From assembly GCA_043228905.1 (NCBI GenBank), contig JBHGNT010000015.1, forward strand, positions 15,624,001 to 15,688,000: a stretch of 64,000 bases of DNA, given 5' to 3'. A program made the position numbers and the translations under genes. Of the stretch, positions 55,398 through 64,000 are shown piece after piece. The DNA is from Azolla caroliniana. Its lineage: Eukaryota; Plantae; Polypodiophyta. Position 1 is the first letter of the stretch; the number at the start of each line of letters is the position of its first letter. The notes below the pieces were generated by a model, which saw nothing but the letters and a program-made list of their open reading frames with translations, was not told the DNA's origin and made no database searches.

Positions 55398-55695
55398 TCG
55401 ATGAGGTGTCAATGTGGGAGACTGTATATGAGTTGGCCATAATGTATTTAGGAAAGGGGAAAGTAGGGTAACCCGATTGACTAGTAATGCCGACTAGAAG
55501 AATATTATTTGCTGGTAGGTGAAGATTGTACTTAGTGTTGACATAAAAATCATATGGTTTGATGAGGTGTCAATGTGGGAAACTGTAGAGGAGTAAGATA
55601 TAATGTATTTAGGAAAGAGGAAGTAGGGCAATCCAATTAACTAGAAGAATACTTTTTGCTGGCAGGTTAAGACGTACTTAGTCTTGACATATATG
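55398..55695. repeat. Diverged ~160-bp tandem duplication
   Basis: gatgaggtgtcaatgtggga...taatgtatttaggaaag...tacttagt.ttgacata twice. Confidence 0.75.
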
Positions 55696-56998
55696 CTAGT
55701 GACTTTAAGATTATCGAACACTAACTTGAATTTAGGAAGGTAGATAATATTAAATGATAAGTCAATTGACAAAAAAGGAATATCCCCACTATTGTCAACT
55801 GCCTCGCCAATAAGAGAAAACACAAAATATCTACCCTATTTGAACTTTCTCTTACACTTAATTGTTGTGACAATTATATGTGTAAACTAAGTTTAGAGAT
55901 CGGATTCCATGTAAGCTCCAATTAGGTGTGAGCGCACACGAGGACTACCATTGTGAGCTACACTCATACGTAATAGAAAGTTTGTATTTAGACAAAGACA
56001 TCTATGTGAGTTTAACTCTATATGCACATTGCCTACCTAGTCGATTCTCAATATTCATAACAATATTCTTCTTATACATAGGTCATCATCCTTGTTAGAC
56101 TACTATCAACTGGAAGCTATTCAAATTGAGGTTTTCCACCATTCTTCACTAGAGGTAATTAAGTTTTGCGTTAGTGATAATGTTTGTGCAAAGCTAGGGG
56201 TAGTACATGTAGAAAAGTTATAGTATCACAAAGCCTTTCTCATTCAATGCTAAATTTGGCTAATGCATTCAAAACCAATCTTGTACTTATTGTATATAAA
56301 TAGAGATTTTTTTGTATTTGTTATTCAATATTATGCTTCTCCCGCCACACAATATTTTATGTATTTAGGGTTCTATGGAAAATTTTTGCAAAATTACCTT
56401 TGGACCATCTTGAGATGAACTCTATGATATACATCACCCACCTTTGTCTTAAGATCCAACTATGTCTTAACATGACAATGACTTTGAATGTTTATGACAA
56501 TGACTTTGAATGTTTTCTGTGCAAGGAGGGCAATGAGGTATCTTGAGCCAAGACCTCGGGCAAATGTTTAGGTAAAAGTTTTCCATATGATTTATGTTTG
56601 CATATCAATATGAAATGATGCCCTATGATGACGATCCATGCCATGAAATAGTACGTAAAAGGCTATGCCTCCATTATTATCATACACACCTCATGTGTAA
56701 AACAAACATCCAAGAGGCATGGATATTAAATGAGAGGATACTACTCAATTAACAATGTGGAAGTTGTAGTAATGTGGTAATGGACACCACAAAGAAACAT
56801 TACATGTTGTGATATCATAGAAATGGTTATAAACTTATACCTAAAACACATATTCCATGGATCCAATCTTAGACTTGTGTAAAAAGGAGATGAATACATA
56901 AGGCATAATAAGTAGGCAAAGAAAAAGCAAAATGTATACATGTATGTTTTATAAGCTCTTGAACCAAGGGTGTCAATGAGACAATTATATATAACATG

Positions 56999-57182
56999 GA
57001 GAGGACGCCTTACCTGACCAAAAGCAGTTGGCTGGCAGCCTCGTAAGGGTGGTTTGATGCCTTGAGCATCGTGAGCAAGATAGATAAGAGCACTACTTTG
57101 ATTCCAAGGTGGGTCTAATGGACACTTGGGATGGTACCTACCATTCATCATGGTGACATTCATTATAGATTTGCCTATATGT

Positions 57183-57213
<31 letters not shown>

Positions 57214-57432
57214 TGTAGAGGACGCCTTACCTGACCAGAAGTAGTTGGATGGTGGCCTAGTAAGGGTGGTTTGATGCCTTGAGCATAGTAAGCTAGATTG
57301 ATAAGAGCACTACTTTGATTCCAAGGTGGGTCTAGTGGACACTTGGGATGGTGGTGGTGATGGTACCTACCATTCATCATGGTGACATTCATTATAGATT
57401 TGCCTATATGTATACACACACACACACACACA
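56999..57432. repeat. ~215-bp tandem duplication, each unit ending in (CA)n
   Basis: agaggacgccttacctgacca...cattcattatagatttgcctatatgta(ca)n twice. Confidence 0.9.
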
Positions 57433-58599
57433 TGTATATATGTATGTATTATGACATTTGTATGGCAAGAAGCTACTAATATGCGTATTAATAACAGTGA
57501 TGATGATTATAGAACATTGGGCAACAACATTTTATGTACAAGCACATGTATATATATGTATGTATGTGTGATTTGAATTTTGGTAGCTAATAGACACGTC
57601 GGTATGTATGTATGTGTGTGTGTATATGTTTGTATGTATGTATGTATCTAGTATGTATGTATGTATGTATGTATGTGTGTGTGTGTATATGTATGTACGT
57701 ACGTGTGCATGCATGCATTGCTAAAGTGATGATGATTACATACTTATTATGTATTTCTCTATTATTTCTTTTTGTTTTTCAGTAAATAAATCCTTCCCTG
57801 ATATTATTTATATTCGGGTGTTTAAATTAATTTTCTAATTTGTTTATTATTTTTATTTTCTAGCATTATGCGCAGTGGTGGGACCGATCGCCACCCCACC
57901 TGCGATGACGTCATTGCGCGGCCTTGCTGGCGTCATGCCATCATTACGGAATCAAAAGCATCGTTTGGTTAGAAGATTCCGAAGGTGATTAACGTTTAAT
58001 CACCTGCTCTTAATCGCGGGATCAGCATGTGATTAGCGCCTAATCACCTCGTCATAATCATGCCAACTGCACGTGATTAGCGCTGATATACTGTCACAAA
58101 TTTCCTTGCAAAGAAGAAAGTGCCAGCTGGCGCCATACATAGCAGCAGCAGCAGAAGAAGAAGAAGAAGAAGAAGAAGAAGAAGCAGAAGAAGAAAGAAG
58201 CAAGGAACGTGAAGGCCAGCTATGGCGGGGCTTCTGATCAACGCGCTACTGATCCATCGTAATTAGCTTCTTCTTCCTTCTTCCTTCTTCTTCTTCTTCT
58301 TTTCTGTTTCCAGGATTCCATCGCAGAACTTCCCTCGACTGATAACGCCAAAAACTGCGATCTTCTTTCCGATCCAAAGAACGCAAAGAAGCAGCAGAAC
58401 GTAAAAGAAAGACGCAGAAGCCACGGCTGCTTAGCTGTGGAAAGTTCGAGCACAAAGTTCCATGGTTTTTATATATCCGTATAAGTAGCTTCTTCTTCTG
58501 CAGTTAAATTAGTGTCAGCTGAAGTTGCAAAATAATATCTTATATACGCCATAGCTGATCAGCATTAGTAACTTCAGGAACGCAAGGATTCCTTCCGCT

Positions 58600-60390
58600 A
58601 TGTCTACTTATTATAATCAGGTAGGTGCACACGAATATTGTAGCGCTACTGTTGCTGCCGCAGAAGATCTGCTGCAATTAGCTGCAGCTGGTGAAGGAGA
58701 AGTAAAAGAGCAGGAATCTATGAAAATAATGGAAGGTCATGACAGTCCTACTGATGGAGATAATACAGCGCAACAGATAGTGGAGAGCAAGCCAATCGAT
58801 CACACAATTCCTGGTCAGAGAGTTCCTTCATTAGGTTTCATGAATAATACTATATTAAGGTGGCCATTAATAAATTCTCGTACTGTTTCAGCCTCTACCA
58901 AACACTGCAGGCGCAAACGATCCCCGACCTTCGAATTAGGTACAGCTGAAGGCTCGCCATTACAGCTAACTTCTGCACCAAATGAACTCAAATTACATAA
59001 ACAGAATCGGGTTCTAATGCAGCAGGCGATACTGCAAGAAGTTAATATACAGCAGGAGAAAGAATTTGTAGGTGATAAGACTGGCCATGAATGTTCGGCC
59101 TTAAACCTCGGCCATAACGAACAAAATAGCATTAAATTGAGAGAGGAATTGGGACTTATGACATCCTTAGTTTCGTCTGGATGTCGTGGAATCAAGAAAA
59201 GGGTTAGCTATAATGTTGGAAATCCTGGATCTGAAACTCTTCCTGCTCGACCTCGTCCTCTTCGGGCCACTATTCTTAACCCCGTTGATCCGTCTGCAAC
59301 TCCTCCCTCCGAAACTTCTCCCTCTGTTCTCAAGCTCCTCTTTGATCGTGAGTATGAGTCGCTCCTGTTGTGGCAGACAAGCGGATTCCAAGCTTTCACA
59401 GAAGAGATTCAGGAAACATTAGGAGGCATCTTGAAGCACTACGTCAGAGAATACAAGCAAGAACTTTTAAAGCTTAAGCATCGCTTAAATCATGCTGGTG
59501 CAGATCAACGTATAAATAGTTTATCAACGCCAACTAGGACACATTCAACAGCAGCATGTGATCATTCAGCCTCCAATAATGAGAAAAGCAGAATAATTTG
59601 TAATTCTGAGCGTTCTCCTGCTACTTGCTCCAAATCTAGCTACACGCCCTGTAGTGATGTAATTACATCTGCAATCAGAGGTAATTATAATGATGATGGT
59701 ACTCCATATTCGACCGATCATCTTCGTGCAGGTGACAATAGGTCTAATCGTCTGGTTCAAGACGTAATGACCACTGATAGTGACCTAGCCCTCTTATGCA
59801 CGAGAAGCTTATGTGCAGTCATGGCTAATTCATCAGGGGGTGAAAGTCTGGTTATAAATAGCAACAGTATTTTAGAATCTTCTACTCTTTTGCATAATAT
59901 GAAGGAACAAAGCTTAGGAAATAGATTGGTGCAGTTGCTCGGTAAGGCCGTGGAAGCTGTGGTGAGTGTGCGTGAAGCTGCACAGAGAATCGAGAATCAT
60001 CGCTCCTGGATGAATGATGAGTTGAATCTAGCTCGCTTGGAGCTCATGAAGCTTCGCTTCTCTGGTAATTATTGTATGAATTCCGATATGTCCACCACTG
60101 GTAATTTGGACAACGTCGATTCTAAGAATCACCATGAGAGGGGCAATGCGATGTTTATTAAATCATGTAATATCATGAAGGACGTAAATCTTATTACGAG
60201 TAACCATGAGGTCCACCATCGTGGTGTTCTGAGAGAAGCGATGGAGCTTTCGGATGCTGTGCGTGCGTTCATCTTGGAGCTTTCTTCTGCTCTCGCACAG
60301 AACGAGCATGGCGTTCCATGGCCCCTCTCTCGCATAGCAGACTGTTCAGATGTGACTCCACACTTCATCGAGAAACTGGTACGTAAGTAG
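58600..60390 (+). CDS. Uncharacterised 596-aa protein (large exon) with a low-complexity N-terminus and helical/coiled-coil segments
   Basis: 1791-nt uninterrupted ORF in AT-rich DNA. Ends at donor-like ctg|gtac|gtaagt; candidate downstream exons at ~61246-61303 and ~61472 onward. No family recognised with confidence. Confidence 0.7.
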   Translation: MSTYYNQVGAHEYCSATVAAAEDLLQLAAAGEGEVKEQESMKIMEGHDSPTDGDNTAQQIVESKPIDHTIPGQRVPSLGFMNNTILRWPLINSRTVSASTKHCRRKRSPTFELGTAEGSPLQLTSAPNELKLHKQNRVLMQQAILQEVNIQQEKEFVGDKTGHECSALNLGHNEQNSIKLREELGLMTSLVSSGCRGIKKRVSYNVGNPGSETLPARPRPLRATILNPVDPSATPPSETSPSVLKLLFDREYESLLLWQTSGFQAFTEEIQETLGGILKHYVREYKQELLKLKHRLNHAGADQRINSLSTPTRTHSTAACDHSASNNEKSRIICNSERSPATCSKSSYTPCSDVITSAIRGNYNDDGTPYSTDHLRAGDNRSNRLVQDVMTTDSDLALLCTRSLCAVMANSSGGESLVINSNSILESSTLLHNMKEQSLGNRLVQLLGKAVEAVVSVREAAQRIENHRSWMNDELNLARLELMKLRFSGNYCMNSDMSTTGNLDNVDSKNHHERGNAMFIKSCNIMKDVNLITSNHEVHHRGVLREAMELSDAVRAFILELSSALAQNEHGVPWPLSRIADCSDVTPHFIEKLVRK

Positions 60391-60879
60391 CTCGTTGTTG
60401 CTTCAATTAAGCTGGATTTCTCCATATTAGTACACCCTAGTTCATCGATAGGATAATGAACATTTTTTATCCGTAAATCTTACTTCATCCTTCTCTGAGT
60501 GAGTATGCAACAGAATTTATGTAGATATTTAAGACAGCATCTCCCGTTTCTTTAAATTTATCTGATTCCCTGCAAAAATTAAGCTGTCAGATTATTGATC
60601 ATGTGGTATCCGTCTTTCTCCATCTTAAATCATCTGATTCTCCATACTATCTGTAGTTACGACTGCAGCTAACGAATTTCCTGCTAGTTCTTGTGACGTT
60701 ACTTCCATGATAAGTCTGAATGTCTCTCGAATGGAACCAGTGAATCCGACCTTAATTAACGAATCAATAACATCTTCTTCTCAAAGTTACTGAATGATTC
60801 CATTATAATCAAAATCTGTATAGCTTCTTGCTCCATTTTGTCTATTTTCTTGTTTTATTTCGTCTAGTTGAGTTTGTCT

Positions 60880-61040
60880 AGCTATTGCTCCAATTTCTCT
60901 AACGGCTTTGTTTAACTTCTCGATCCATTTCCTCTAATGATTTTGTCTAACTTCCTGATCAATTTCGTTTAATGATTTTGTATAACTTCCTGGCCAATTT
61001 CCTCGAATGATTTGTTCTAACTTCTTGTTCAATTTTTTGT
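60880..61040. repeat. ~33-bp degenerate tandem repeat, ~5 copies
   Basis: caatttcctctaatgattttgtctaacttcctg-like unit repeated. Confidence 0.7.
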
Positions 61041-62099
61041 CTAATCTATTATGTGCAGTCTCCCATACATCAAGTTTTGTAATCAGTAATCTTGATTTCA
61101 TTATAATATCCGAATTATACAGTGTTTATTATTCATCAGATGTTTAGATGAGTTAAATTTAAATCCGATAAATTTGGAGACTAAATTTATTGATCTATGT
61201 CTACTAAACTGAAGTTTTTTTAATCAAAATTTTCTGATTATACAGGCTGGATGCGTATGGACGTCCCGGGCTCCGTAATCACATCAATACTATGCGAGGG
61301 CAAGGTGCAACAGACTCAGATTAAATCATTTGATTTAACTACAAATTTAAATAATAGAATGATCGACACCTCAATGATATATGTGTGTGCCGATAGATGT
61401 TAATCTCTGTCAAATCATATACAATTCTTTTCATTGATTCTGTACTGATTACAATAAACGGTTGTACTGCAGAATTTACAAGTAGCAGTTGTCGTTACAT
61501 GTTATTTTATGACGATGATGTTGAGAATAATGTCAACCTTGGGTTGATTTAACTATAATGGTTCTAAGATCAATATCCGGTTTCACGTCTCACAGCTACC
61601 TGGTAAAAACTGATCAGTAATCATTCTACCCAATTGCCTTCAGCACCAAAAATTAATCACAGAACCAGATTAAAACTAACATAAAAATTTGTGCGATCCA
61701 TTTAAATAATAATTAGGAAATGTTTCTGATGGAAAAGCTAGTTAGCTTGCGCAGACTTAATCCACTGGTTAGGAGTTCAAATCCTCTAATTTGAAATTCT
61801 AATTGGAATGTAATGAAATGTCTTTTCAATTTGGAGGAGGGATTAAAAAGCATAACTTTAATAGTTTTCTTGCGTCCAATCGAAAATCTTAAATTTGTTG
61901 ATTATCTAACACTTGTTTCATTATCATCATGCCACCCAATTCTTCTTCCATAACGTCCTCAACCATTCTAGTTACAATATGAATCATCCTATCGATCGCA
62001 TTGCTAATCAATTAGGTGTTATAGTAGCTACTTCATTCTTTACTAAGGTGCAATTAAGCTTGTCAATTAGCTAATTGCAGTATAGCACACAGTAGTCTC

Positions 62100-64000
62100 C
62101 CTATTAATTGATTGAGTTTTGTGGAACCCACAACTAAGCATTTCCTAATGAAATGGTATCAAACTCCAATGTGCTTGGTCTTCACATGATACACCAGATT
62201 TTTAGCCAGCGCAATGGTACTCTAACTCTTAAGTATCACAAAACAATCTGGGTACAAGGTGAGGTATGCCCATGTCACAGGCTAGTCTTTCCCTATAACT
62301 TCCTTCCATGCCTCACTAGTTGCAACATACCTTCCTTCTGCAGTAGGGAGAGCAACCCATTCTTGGAGGCAAGATCTCCAAGATATGGTACCTCCCATAA
62401 ACTAAAAAAGTGTACCTCTAAGTAGACTTTCTACTCTCAGAACAACCAACATAATCAGATTCGATATATCCAATAATAGAAACATAGACACTTATTTGTA
62501 GTGCCACTTAGATATCCTAGTATCATCTTAACTGCTTCCTAGTGTTTCTGAAGAGGATTTGATAAAAACCTACTCATAAATCCCATTGTAAATTATATAA
62601 TATTTGGCCTAGTCACTATCATATCGTACATGAGGTTACCAACAATAGATTGATAAGGAATTTTGCTCATGGACTCCTTTTCATCATCAGATTTGGGACA
62701 CTCAAATAATAGTGTGTTGGTTTCCGCTTAAATAGTTTGGCCCTCACCAAACCAAAGTGGTTAACCCAAGCTGATTAAAGCCTTAACCGATTTGGAAATG
62801 GTTTGGCCAAAATCGGTTATGTTTGGCTTGAGCCATCCCAAACCAAACTCAAACCGGTTAAGGAAGCTCAAGCCTAAATTGAACCGCCAAACCATTGAAA
62901 AATGGTTTTAACGGTTCAATTCAGGCTTGAGTTTAGCTGTTGCCAATTCGTAAGTGTGTGCAAATGTTTTGCACTCTCCATATTAAACTTCATGAATATT
63001 TAGGATACATATTACATACTTAGATTGAGACAAGCAAAACATCCATTACTCTTATAATCATTGATACATATGCCAAGGAAGTGTTTTGAATTTCCCAAAA
63101 TTTTCATATCAAATGTTTGACTCAAAATTTTCTTTAGCGTAGACATCTCATCCTTGTTTTTACCAACAATGAACATATAATCTACATAGAGTTAAAATCA
63201 CATGTGCCATCTAGACATTTCTTTATATGTAGAAGCAAGTATTCATTGCACCTATTATAACCTTGGGACATAATGTAAGCATCAAATTTTTTATACCACT
63301 TCGACAAGATTGCTTAAGACCATACAAACTTTTCTTAAGCTTGCACACCAAATGCATTTTTCCATGAACCTCAGAACCCTTCAGATGTTCCATATAGATC
63401 TCCTCATTGGATATCCATGCAAAAAAGTTGTTTGTACATCCATTTGAAATAACTCAAAGTCGTTATTAGCAACCTTGAATGTGAACCTCATGCATAATGT
63501 AGTCATCATGTGGAACATTTTTAGCACTATCGGTTGGCTATTTATACTTATATACCCATTTACATGGCAATGTTTTCCTACCTTTTGGCAAAGGCACTAT
63601 TATGAATAATACTATCCAATTCACTCTACATTGCATGCATCCACTTAGCATGATCATGGAGTGATATGGCTTCATGATAACAAGAAGGTAACTGGCATCT
63701 GTTAGCATTACAAAATCCGTAAATCTACTAGGCGGTTTGGGGACACGTGTACATCTCCCCAAGGATTCCTGAGCCTGAATACCATGATAAGGTTGTGCAT
63801 GGGAAACATCATTTTGAACACATCATGCTAAACATCATCATTCTGAATATCATCATGTTAAGCATCATCATCAACCTGGTTAACAACATTTTTAAGTGGT
63901 TGACCACATGTAGGAGGATCAACATTAGTGGAAATCTTGTTTTACGGTAACATAAGGTATAACATCCTTAAATACCACTTTTCTCACTTCTACCTCCTTA
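62100..64000 (-). mobile_element. Degraded Ty1/copia RT/RNase H remnant
   Basis: PKGRKTLPCKWVYK, HLVCKLKKSLYGLKQS, KIPYQSIVGNLMY; many stop codons; interrupted at ~62712-62952. Confidence 0.8.
62712..62952. mobile_element. AACCG/GGTTT-rich MITE-like insertion in the copia RT (boundaries approximate)
   Basis: Interrupts the copia reading frame; same aaccg/ggttt motif content as the other MITEs. Confidence 0.5.

Noticed and set aside
58238-58455. Minus-strand ORFs with poly-R/K/E
   Set aside because: Driven by (CTT)n repeats in the likely 5' leader or intron of the plus-strand gene.

Overview
Eukaryotic land-plant nuclear DNA, AT-rich, with spliceosomal introns and many transposons; a seed-free plant such as a fern is my guess from the transposon repertoire and is not proven. 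Four host genes can be rebuilt exon by exon: a small J-domain/DnaJ gene (minus, 6 exons including a 12-nt micro-exon), RPL23/uL14 (minus, 4 exons, 140 aa), plastid YGGT-family YLMG2 (plus, 3 exons) and RNase H2 subunit B (plus, 10 exons, C-terminal PIP-like motif). A fifth, unidentified 596-aa ORF lies near 58.6-60.4 kb. Most of the rest is transposon-derived. Bases 1-14.6 kb are a Tnt1-like Ty1/copia element holding a solo LTR, an RT-less LINE, a Ty3/gypsy element, a second copia and a hAT-type MITE. A third copia with two solo-LTR insertions spans 29.3-35.8 kb, and an internally deleted chromovirus sits in an RNASEH2B intron. There are also several LINE fragments and 8-bp-TSD MITEs. The most unusual observation is the nested gypsy element at 4507-9509: its tRNA-Arg primer-binding site is on the strand opposite its integrase and extra ORF, and it occupies the position where a polypurine tract should be. 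All coordinates were read by eye and no alignments or database searches were run.
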